From: a virus
Taxonomy: Duplodnaviria; Caudoviricetes
DNA: 44,437 nt
Direction: 5' to 3' (one strand)
IMG/VR virus record: IMGVR_UViG_3300048837_000071
Span: 1 to 44,437 of that record
In this document: in pieces, positions 37,118 through 44,437 of the stretch
Layout of the letters: the number at the start of each line of letters is the position of its first letter
How positions within the stretch are numbered: position 1 is the first letter of the stretch
Notes under the pieces: model-generated
The model's database searches: none
Seen by the model: only the letters and a program-made list of their open reading frames with translations
Told to the model about the DNA's origin: nothing
Made by a program: the position numbers and the translations under genes

Positions 37118-38809
37118 TCAACCCCCGTATCCCGAGAACATATCCACCACGTTGCCGCCCGTCGGATCCTGCGCTTTAGCGGCTGCCATATCCTTGCCGG
37201 CCTTCGCCCCCTCGGCGACGGCCATCATTGCTTGCTGAGCCTGCATCTGATCGGCACGCGCCTTGCGCACGATCGCGACTTCATCACTGCTCACGATGAG
37301 TTCCGGGTCGACGCCCAGCATGTCGGAATAGATTTCCGACCATTTGTCTTCGTCGAACTTGTCCAGCACGCTCGGCTTGTATTGCGCGATGACGCCCAGG
37401 TTGCCGACGAACCGATCGATGCCGTTGGTCGCAATGGCACGCTGGGCCTGAGCCAGCATCGACACGAACTCGACGTTCAAGTCCTGCCCCTGCATGTCGG
37501 GCGGAGGAGGGGGCACAAGTCCGGCCGCCAATGCACGCGCGAACGTGAGATCGATGAGTGGAGACAGCAATTCGTTGTGCAAGCGCTCGAGCACCGGACC
37601 CAGCATCAAGAGCTTTTCCTCATGCCGCTCGGCGACTTCGGTCGCGGTCATGCGCCCGACGATCGGTTGATTCGCGAGCATGAGGAAGAGATCGGCATAG
37701 AACGACGAGCGGATGCGCTCGCGCACGTCCTGAATGTCGCCGAGCAGATGGTCGAGGCGTAGGTTCACCTCCCACGCCGGGCGGATACCCGCTTGCGCAG
37801 TCGCCACGTCGACGTAGTTGATCTTCCCCGGGAGCATGGACGACTCTCGCCCCTTGAAGCTCGACGGCGCCTGCAATGGCGGCTTCGTGTAGTAGTCGAT
37901 GCCCTGCGCCTTGCGAAGCTGTTCGTGCTGCAATTGCTTGATGTCGCCCAACGCTTCCATGCCCGGGCTGTTGCCGTAGATATCGCCCCCGGCGAGATCC
38001 CAGCGCGGCACCAGTGCCCGGAACATTTGGAAGCCGGATTCACGCAACAGTCGGTCGCGCCCCTCACCGAGTTCGAAGTAGCACGACGCCCACGGCATGT
38101 TCTGCGGATCGCGGCGCGACTTGTCGCGCACGTAGCGCGGCTCGATCGCGTGAATCACCGTCACCCACGAGTCTTTCCCGGTGCGTTGCTCGTAGAGCCT
38201 GCGCACGCTTTCGCTCACGTTGTCGAGCCCGAACTCGTCGACCAGTTGCGACACAGTCATGTCGAACCGACGGAAGATCGTATCGACGTACCCCTTGCTG
38301 TTCGTCGCGATCCGGTACTCGCCGATCGTCAGCGGATGGTGATGAATCACCGAGTCGAAGTCGTCGAGCATGATCGTCGCCCCGGTGCCGAACGCGCCGA
38401 GTTCGATATATTGCATGTGCAACGATCGGTACGTGTTCGAGCGCGCGAACACCTCGAGGAGCAAGCGCGTGATCTGAGACAACCACGTCTTCACGTCGTC
38501 GCGCAGTGCGAGATTCGGGTCGCTCGTCGTGAGCCGGAACCACGGCCGCGCCGGGCTCGTCATGCCCGCCATCATGCCGGCCCCGAGCACCTTGAGCGAG
38601 CGCGTGCCGGTCGAGTCGTAGATATCGTTGTGCCGCTTGTCGCCTTTGTTCCGGTCGGTCGGCCAGAATCGACCGTTCCGGGGCAACAGCACGTTGCTGA
38701 TCTCGCGCCAATGCGGGAGCCAGGTCGACGCTTCCTGATCGAGCGTCCCCCAGCGCTGCACGAGCAAGTCGACCTTGCTCTTTCCCGTCGCGGCGTCGAT
38801 TGCTGGCAT
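37118..38809 (-). CDS. Portal (head-to-tail connector)
   Basis: IYDSTG, GMTSPARPWF.L, YG.SPGMEALGD, MTATEVAERHEEKL.MLGPVLERL. Confidence 0.95.
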   Translation of the reverse strand: MPAIDAATGKSKVDLLVQRWGTLDQEASTWLPHWREISNVLLPRNGRFWPTDRNKGDKRHNDIYDSTGTRSLKVLGAGMMAGMTSPARPWFRLTTSDPNLALRDDVKTWLSQITRLLLEVFARSNTYRSLHMQYIELGAFGTGATIMLDDFDSVIHHHPLTIGEYRIATNSKGYVDTIFRRFDMTVSQLVDEFGLDNVSESVRRLYEQRTGKDSWVTVIHAIEPRYVRDKSRRDPQNMPWASCYFELGEGRDRLLRESGFQMFRALVPRWDLAGGDIYGNSPGMEALGDIKQLQHEQLRKAQGIDYYTKPPLQAPSSFKGRESSMLPGKINYVDVATAQAGIRPAWEVNLRLDHLLGDIQDVRERIRSSFYADLFLMLANQPIVGRMTATEVAERHEEKLLMLGPVLERLHNELLSPLIDLTFARALAAGLVPPPPPDMQGQDLNVEFVSMLAQAQRAIATNGIDRFVGNLGVIAQYKPSVLDKFDEDKWSEIYSDMLGVDPELIVSSDEVAIVRKARADQMQAQQAMMAVAEGAKAGKDMAAAKAQDPTGGNVVDMFSGYGG

Positions 38810-39126
38810 CACGAACCCAATAGAGTTGAACGTCCAAGCGACAATTGCGTCGGGTCGATGCCGCCCGCACCCGTAAGCATCGTGCCCGCGGTGCCGGTGC
38901 GCCCCGCCATGAGCATCTGATCGAGGATCGCCGCCGTGTTCGGCTTTTTCTGGTTCGCGCGGTTCGACGCCTCGTCGGCCGCCTTCGCCGTGGCCGCGGC
39001 TTTCGCTTCAGCTTGAGCGCTGGCGTTTTTCTGCGTCTTCGCTTGTTGCTGCCCGGAGTAGATCGAGTACCCGGTGCCGACGGCGCCGGCAATCGCGGAA
39101 ATGATTTGCAAGGTCGCGGCTTCCAT
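38809..39126 (-). CDS. Small virion protein upstream of portal
   Basis: Hydrophobic N-terminus; C-terminal TMLTG..G...LG.STLLG. Confidence 0.75.
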   Translation of the reverse strand: MEAATLQIISAIAGAVGTGYSIYSGQQQAKTQKNASAQAEAKAAATAKAADEASNRANQKKPNTAAILDQMLMAGRTGTAGTMLTGAGGIDPTQLSLGRSTLLGS

Positions 39127-39587
39127 CACGCCCCCATCGGTTTGAAGAACATCGACTCGCCCAGGCCGTAGCCCGAGCGCGGCAGGACGTCAGCGACGCG
39201 CGAGTCGGGCCGGGCGGCCACCAGCATGCCAACGGCCCCGCGACTGCGCGCCATGCGCTCTGCGGCCTTGAGAAGTCCCATGCCGGCGCCCGATCCCCGG
39301 TACGCACTGGCGACGAACCACGACTCGACCGCGCCGATCACCCGGCCGTAGTGGGGGTTCTCGCTGCATACGAGGGCCAGGAAGCCCACGAGCGACTCCC
39401 CGATGTAGGCCGCGAAGCACTGAAGCGCACCGGCGCGTTCTAGCGCGTTGTATGTCGACCACTGAGGATTCGGCTCCGGGAGCCCGTCGATGCGCGCCTC
39501 GAGCGCGTACTCGGCCAGGAGCGCACCGATAGCCGGGTCGCCCTGGATCGTGAAGGCATCAACGGGAATGATCGCGACCGGGTCCAT
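39126..39587 (-). CDS. GNAT-family acetyltransferase
   Basis: WFVASAYRGSGAGMGLL.AAE..A..RGA (acetyl-CoA motif A). Start refined using the promoter position. Confidence 0.85.
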   Translation of the reverse strand: MDPVAIIPVDAFTIQGDPAIGALLAEYALEARIDGLPEPNPQWSTYNALERAGALQCFAAYIGESLVGFLALVCSENPHYGRVIGAVESWFVASAYRGSGAGMGLLKAAERMARSRGAVGMLVAARPDSRVADVLPRSGYGLGESMFFKPMGA

Positions 39588-39596
39588 GATGGGCGC

Positions 39597-39629
39597 ACGG
39601 TAGCGCAAGGTGCGGGAGTTACGCGTACC
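39597..39629 (-). promoter_or_regulatory. Late promoter copy 3: GGTACGCGTAACTC-N13-TACCGT
   Basis: 14-mer at 39616-39629, abutting the terL stop. Confidence 0.85.
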
Positions 39630-41150
39630 TCAAGCGTATGGGTCGTAATCCTCGGACTCGACTTGCCGGGCGGCACGCTCGATCGCGGGCACTTGCCGGA
39701 TCTTCGGCGTGTCGATGAGCGCCAGGCAATACGCCGTGCCGAAGTCCGGAGATCGACCAATCAACTTCACGAGTTCCTCGCGCTCGAATGCGCGAATCGC
39801 GATGCCTTGCGGGCGCCAGCGCATCGCGCACAAATCCGCCTTCAACCTGCGGTCAGGCGGCAACGCGATCCCTGTGTTGTTGACCGGGTCGAGCGCTTCA
39901 CGCATCGCCCACCACATCCATGTGCGGAAGTTGGCGAAGTGCAACCGGCCGGATCGATCCGTGTTGCCGACACTGGTTGAGACGTCGACGCCGATGACGT
40001 GCTGCCCAGCGGTATTCAGGAAGTCGTATGGGCTCGCTCCGACGCCGTTGATCTCGATGTGCATCGGCGCCCCATCGCGCGCCGCAGCGATCGTAAGCGC
40101 GGCCACATGCGGCCCGTCGGGCGTTGCCCTGCCCGGGTGCGCGAGCGGCTTGTCGAACCACATCCCTTCATGCCGTCGCGCGATGATCGTGTTGTCCTTT
40201 CCGCCGCGCGCCACGTCGATGCCGAGCGAGTCCATCGGCGGCTTGGGCGACTTGTCCTCCCATCGATCCATCGCAGCGTCAACCCAGGCCGTCGGGATCA
40301 TCTGCCATTCGCTGTCTTCCATGCCCGCTTGGAAGTCGCCGTAGAGCATTTGCGATCGGAGCGGTTCAGGTAGCGCTTGCAACGTGCTCATGTAGTTCGT
40401 TCCCATGAGGTAAGGGTTATCGGCAATGCGCGACGGGATGAAGATTCGCGATTGCGGGAGGATCGTCTCACCGTTGTGCACGAAAGGCGTCTCGTCGACG
40501 ACTTCAATCTCTTTGCCGTCGATCATCGCGAAGTACCGCAGTTCTCCGGGCTCAGCCGGCGCCGGATGCTTCGGGTCGAGCCACGGTGCGAAGAAATCGA
40601 CGATCCACCGCCCTTCAGCACTGGTCGGCGGGTTGAACGTGAGGAGCGTTTGACATCGCTGATTCGGGTCGACCGTTCGCACCCAGCCCATGAGGAATCG
40701 CACTTGCGCCTCGAGGAAGTTCGCCGCCTCGTCGATGACGAGTAGATCCTTCGCGCGGCCTTGATGCTTCTTCTCGTCGCCGAGATTCGGTACGGATGTG
40801 AACTCGATCAACCGGCACTTAGGCGACGGTGAACGCCAGATAGCAGGCCGGCCGCCCAAGCCGCGACGATGCCCGAGGATCTGTTCGACGCGATCGATGA
40901 TAGCCGTGAGTTCTGTGCCCTCACGACGGAACACTTGCACGACTTGATGCCGGGTGAGCGCCTTACCACATGCAAGATCCGTCTTACCCCCACCCGCAGC
41001 ACCCCCGAACCCGACGACATCCGCCGTCGACTCGTAGGCCATCGTTTGCGGCCCTGGGAGCGGGCGCCACAGGTTGCGACGCTTGAGTTCACGGGCGAGG
41101 AGGAGAGCGCGTTCAAGGCGGGCACGCTCGCTAGACGAGGTCGCTACCAT
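39630..41150 (-). CDS. terL: Terminase large subunit
   Basis: GGAAGGGKT, LLVIDEAA, TFNPP, GIDVARGGKD, GRSPD.G.A. Confidence 0.95.
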   Translation of the reverse strand: MVATSSSERARLERALLLARELKRRNLWRPLPGPQTMAYESTADVVGFGGAAGGGKTDLACGKALTRHQVVQVFRREGTELTAIIDRVEQILGHRRGLGGRPAIWRSPSPKCRLIEFTSVPNLGDEKKHQGRAKDLLVIDEAANFLEAQVRFLMGWVRTVDPNQRCQTLLTFNPPTSAEGRWIVDFFAPWLDPKHPAPAEPGELRYFAMIDGKEIEVVDETPFVHNGETILPQSRIFIPSRIADNPYLMGTNYMSTLQALPEPLRSQMLYGDFQAGMEDSEWQMIPTAWVDAAMDRWEDKSPKPPMDSLGIDVARGGKDNTIIARRHEGMWFDKPLAHPGRATPDGPHVAALTIAAARDGAPMHIEINGVGASPYDFLNTAGQHVIGVDVSTSVGNTDRSGRLHFANFRTWMWWAMREALDPVNNTGIALPPDRRLKADLCAMRWRPQGIAIRAFEREELVKLIGRSPDFGTAYCLALIDTPKIRQVPAIERAARQVESEDYDPYA

Positions 41151-41691
41151 CGGATGACGTTACGCTCTGCGCGAGGGCCGCCAGTTCGGCGCGAATCTCC
41201 TCGTCGCTCATCTGACCCAGCGCGAGGTGCCCGGACAGTTCGACCTTGGAGTTCTCGCGGTACTTCTCCGGAGCGTGCGACTTGAGGAGGAACATCGCGA
41301 GCACATCGCTGTACTTGCGCACGGCGGCGATTTGCTGGTTGCCGTGCTCGTCGAGTAGCGGCTCGCGCTCCGGGAGCCCCGTCGCCTCGTTGATGACGAC
41401 GTTACCGTCCTCGTCGAGTTTGTCTTTCCAAAGGTACGTGAACTGCCCTTGATGCGTGAGCGGATCGTCGATTCCCTCGAACGCACGACGATGAGCTTCG
41501 TCCTCAAGCGCGGTTACTCCGACCTTCATCGCGCGATCCCAAGCCGCTGCGAAGTCGGGCATTTGGTTGCGCCATTCGTACGCGGTCACTCGCGATATGC
41601 CGACGGCTTTGCACGCCTTCCCGACTTGGCAAGTCTCCGACAGCGCCGCGCAGAATGCGACGAGCTTTTCCGGTGTTAGCTTGGTTCCCAT
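41131..41691 (-). CDS. terS: Terminase small subunit
   Basis: N-terminal HTH (ACKAVGISR.TAYEWR), LEDEA.RRA..G, KYSD.L.MFLLK...PEKY. Confidence 0.88.
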   Translation of the reverse strand: MGTKLTPEKLVAFCAALSETCQVGKACKAVGISRVTAYEWRNQMPDFAAAWDRAMKVGVTALEDEAHRRAFEGIDDPLTHQGQFTYLWKDKLDEDGNVVINEATGLPEREPLLDEHGNQQIAAVRKYSDVLAMFLLKSHAPEKYRENSKVELSGHLALGQMSDEEIRAELAALAQSVTSSDGSDLV

Positions 41692-41698
41692 GCTGCGA

Positions 41699-41731
41699 AC
41701 CGTACACGCTCATTCCCGAGTTACGCGTACC
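41699..41731 (-). promoter_or_regulatory. Late promoter copy 4: GGTACGCGTAACTC-N13-TACGGT
   Basis: 14-mer at 41718-41731; terS ATG lies 7 nt past the -10. Confidence 0.85.
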
Positions 41732-41940
41732 CCCCGTTGAGCCTGGGCCCGTCTCCGACCCGTGATGTAGTCCTGCACGGTCGACTTCGCCAAGCCCATG
41801 ATGTCGGCAATCCGCCGATAGCCGTACCCCTCCGCGTGCAGCCGATGGCACTGCTCAACGTCCGAGTCGGTCGCCCTCGCGTTGTGATGATCCTCGCCAA
41901 TCCGATAACCCCGTTCGTTCACCGCAATCAATTTCGTCAT
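41710..41940 (-). CDS. HTH protein, candidate late-gene activator
   Basis: EGYGYRRIADIMGLAKSTVQDY HTH; last gene before the late region. Confidence 0.75.
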   Translation of the reverse strand: MTKLIAVNERGYRIGEDHHNARATDSDVEQCHRLHAEGYGYRRIADIMGLAKSTVQDYITGRRRAQAQRGVRVTRE

Positions 41941-42028
41941 CGCATCACCTCATCGAACGTGCAGAAATTTGCAACTTCGCAACGCGCCGGGACTTTCGAG
42001 CGAACGAGCGATTTTTTGCAAATTCAGT

Positions 42029-42154
42029 TGCACCACGGCCGCATCGTGTGCACCACTGCACCACCCCTAAAGGGGTGTGGTGCGGTGTGGTGCACTTCGA
42101 CGCCTTTGCACCATCACCAGGTGCACCATGGTGCATTAAATGGTGCATGGTGCA
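42029..42154. repeat. Iteron-like TGCACCA array around palindrome CACCCCT-AA-AGGGGTG (candidate replication origin)
   Basis: Nine exact TGCACCA/TGGTGCA copies in 126 bp, in the intergenic gap just downstream of the primase-helicase. Confidence 0.75.
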
Positions 42155-42191
42155 CTTGCAGACTTTTACGAATTCGCAATTCATTGCGCGT

Positions 42192-44141
42192 TCACACCAG
42201 CATCGACAGACAACCGTTCTCGACAAAAAACGGTGCCTCGTCGAGTTCGGTGAGTCGGTCGATCGCCCGTTTGACGTGCTGTCGGCGCGTATCCCGACCC
42301 TCGGGCTTCTCCAATCGGACCACAGTTTCAGCGATCACCGCATCGATCTCGATCCCCTCCGACTGCGCTCGTGCCATCTCCTCAACCACGGCGAGCAGGG
42401 CGCGTTCCACCTTACCCACTGCTCGTCGGCGGCCCGCCACCTCGACGACCGGGATCTCGGCCGGCACGGCGACGCACGAGTCGATCACGTCCCCATCGTC
42501 GTCGACCCCGACGTTGACCACCTCGAGATCGAAGCCCCATTGCATGTCGTCCCCGCCGTCCTTCTGCTTCGAGATCCTCGCGACGCGTCCGGTGCCCAAA
42601 CGGAGAACCTCGATCTCCGTGTCGGCCGCGGCGCGAAGCCCCGACCATCCTCGCGCGCCTTTGGTCGCATCCTTGCCCGAGTGGTGCACCAGCATCACGA
42701 CCGCGCCCGTCGCTCGGCGAATCACTTGGCAGTGCCGCAACGCCTTGCCCATGTCCTCGGCCGAGTTCTCATTGCCCCCAGGCATCGTCTGCGCGAAGGT
42801 ATCGACGATCACGAGATCGGCCTTGCCGACCGAGAGAATTGCCCGACCTACGTCGACGGCGTCGGCTTTCTCGAGAAAGTTCGGTTGTGCGGCGATGACG
42901 TCGAACTGCACCTCGGCAAAGTCAAACGAATGGAACCGTTGATAGGCCGCCAAGCGCTTGCGGAAGCCCCCAGCGCCCTCGGCGACGATGTAAACCACTC
43001 GACCCTTCCTCGTCGCGTGATCGCGCCAGGGGACGCCACGCGCGACCGCAGCGCCGATATCCAAGCACAAAAACGACTTGCCCGACCCGGACTCACCGTA
43101 AAGCACGACGAGATCGGCGATCGGGATCACCCCTTTGACGAGCCAGCCGGCCGACTGTGCGCTGGCGTAGAGGTGCGCAGGGACGATCGCAAAGCGGTTC
43201 GGCTTGTCGTCCTTCGCCTGGGTGATGTCCGCCTCGCTGGCGACGTCCTGTCGGATGTGGGCGCCGTTCTCGTTCGCCATCTTGACGAGGGTCCGCGCCG
43301 TGACGAGCTTGCCGTCGCCGCGCTTGAGCGACTTCCATTGCTGGCGAAGCTGCGACTCGCCGGGGTACTTCGATCCTCGAGCGCTCCACTCGTGCCACAG
43401 GTCGAACCCTTCGCCGCCCGTCTCGTGATGGATTGCCATGCCGATCGCAAGCCAGTGCGAGCGAGGTATGTCGGGGTCCAGCACATCGAGCGCGTCCTTC
43501 ATCTGCGAGTGGGTGAGCCCGATCGGCGGCGCGTAATCCATGAGCGGGTCGGACTCGTCCTCGCGCCTGGAAAAACGCGTTCGCGTGTGTTCGATAAGCC
43601 CCGACGACGGCTCGCTGACTAAATTCTCAGCGCCCAGGAGTTCGACGATCTCGATCGCCTGGCCCGTGAACGTAACGAACCCCTTCGTGCTGAAGAGTTC
43701 GAACGCAAACGGGGCGCCGAAGTCCTTTTGATTGCCGAGATCGCCGCGAACGAATGCGTGAATCCCCTCGCCCGACGGGGACCATTCGGCATACGTGCCG
43801 CTGATCATCTGCTCGATCTGCGGCAGGATGCGCCCCTCGGCCACGCAATTGTCGAAGTCGATCGCAGTGACGCCGAAGTCGGGAAGCGGGGCAAACCCGA
43901 TACCGTCGAACCCACCGCGCGCCGCCGCATCGCGTGCTGCCTCGAACCGCGCGAGGTGAGTGCGATCCTCCGGGCGGCCTTGCACGCCTGTGCGCCTCGA
44001 GCCGTTGATGTAGTAAGGCACCTTGCGCGGCTTCTCCCCGTCGCCCTGCTCATAGCGCCACATGAGCCAGCCGGGGAGGGATCGCAAGAACTCAGGCGCG
44101 GCGATCGATCGTAGATGGGGTTTGATCTTGGCGACGGTCAT
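42192..44141 (-). CDS. Primase-polymerase/helicase (AEP prim-pol, PriCT-2, RecA-like AAA_25)
   Basis: KPRKVPY, IDFDNC, YAE.SPSG.G.H; W..IGMAIHHE...W..WS; GESGSGKS, IVDT, VHHSGKD. Start 44141 overlaps the methyltransferase stop (ATGA). Confidence 0.9.
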   Translation of the reverse strand: MTVAKIKPHLRSIAAPEFLRSLPGWLMWRYEQGDGEKPRKVPYYINGSRRTGVQGRPEDRTHLARFEAARDAAARGGFDGIGFAPLPDFGVTAIDFDNCVAEGRILPQIEQMISGTYAEWSPSGEGIHAFVRGDLGNQKDFGAPFAFELFSTKGFVTFTGQAIEIVELLGAENLVSEPSSGLIEHTRTRFSRREDESDPLMDYAPPIGLTHSQMKDALDVLDPDIPRSHWLAIGMAIHHETGGEGFDLWHEWSARGSKYPGESQLRQQWKSLKRGDGKLVTARTLVKMANENGAHIRQDVASEADITQAKDDKPNRFAIVPAHLYASAQSAGWLVKGVIPIADLVVLYGESGSGKSFLCLDIGAAVARGVPWRDHATRKGRVVYIVAEGAGGFRKRLAAYQRFHSFDFAEVQFDVIAAQPNFLEKADAVDVGRAILSVGKADLVIVDTFAQTMPGGNENSAEDMGKALRHCQVIRRATGAVVMLVHHSGKDATKGARGWSGLRAAADTEIEVLRLGTGRVARISKQKDGGDDMQWGFDLEVVNVGVDDDGDVIDSCVAVPAEIPVVEVAGRRRAVGKVERALLAVVEEMARAQSEGIEIDAVIAETVVRLEKPEGRDTRRQHVKRAIDRLTELDEAPFFVENGCLSMLV

Positions 44142-44437
44142 GGTCGGCACTCCATGTAGGCGCCGATCACTTCGGCCGCGACTTGCGCGACGATCGCGTT
44201 GCCGTAGGCGCGCAAGCGTCCCACTCGGGCGGGGGCTCCGTGGCACAGAGGATGCCCGCTCAACCCGCGCATCGCGCTGACGAGCGAAGATGCTCTCGTT
44301 TGTGGCAACTTGGGCATAGCGTCTCCAAGTTGCCAAGTGAATTGTTTTGTACGTTCTCGTCCTTGTGATGCACATGCATTCTCGGTCGGCTGTTGCCGCA
44401 TCGAGCGCAGTTGGGTTCCGCCACCTTGTGTGCCTCC
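44138..44437 (-). CDS. 3' end of the C5 methyltransferase alpha frame (motif X)
   Basis: HPLCHGAPARVGRLRAYGNAIVAQVAAEVIGAYM; in frame with 1..1283 across the junction. Confidence 0.88.
   Translation of the reverse strand, partial: GGTQGGGTQLRSMRQQPTENACASQGRERTKQFTWQLGDAMPKLPQTRASSLVSAMRGLSGHPLCHGAPARVGRLRAYGNAIVAQVAAEVIGAYMECRP
44280..44437. repeat. Terminal direct repeat, right copy
   Basis: Matches 1-158 with 2 mismatches. Confidence 0.97.

Noticed and set aside
44142-44375. N-terminal extension of the primase ORF (727 aa in the track)
   Set aside because: It overlaps the methyltransferase and HNH ends. ATG 44141, coupled to the methyltransferase stop, is the more plausible start.

Overview
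The window appears to be a complete, circularly closed genome of a GC-rich short-tailed dsDNA phage. It is about 44,279 bp unique, with bases 1-158 repeated at 44280-44437 with 2 mismatches. Gene order resembles Bordetella BPP-1-type podophages. The + arm (1.6-12.9 kb) carries early and replication genes: pentapeptide-repeat protein, Cas4-like DUF2800 nuclease, HNH-AP2, DUF2815 SSB, family B DNA polymerase, DHH phosphoesterase, VRR-NUC, dCMP deaminase and SNF2 helicase. The - arm carries cro-like HTH, C5 methyltransferase, primase-helicase, terminase, portal, a 6 kb accessory block with PhoD and collagen genes, head, tail and ejection proteins, tail fibre and lysis genes. The most unusual feature lies across the window junction and the ORF track captures it only in fragments. 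A 474-codon C5 DNA methyltransferase frame stays open while a second frame on the same strand encodes first a putative beta subunit with a motif IX-like end, then a complete 119-aa zinc-finger HNH endonuclease. The HNH is flanked by a diverged duplication of the dual-coding motif IX/X segment. Other highlights: a four-copy late promoter GGTACGCGTAACTC-N13-TAnnnT, a 2370-aa polyvalent ejection protein with two ADP-ribosyltransferase-like modules and a zincin motif, a lambda-like operator set with a stub repressor and no integrase, and an iteron-like origin. Family assignments come from motif recognition by eye; no database searches were run.
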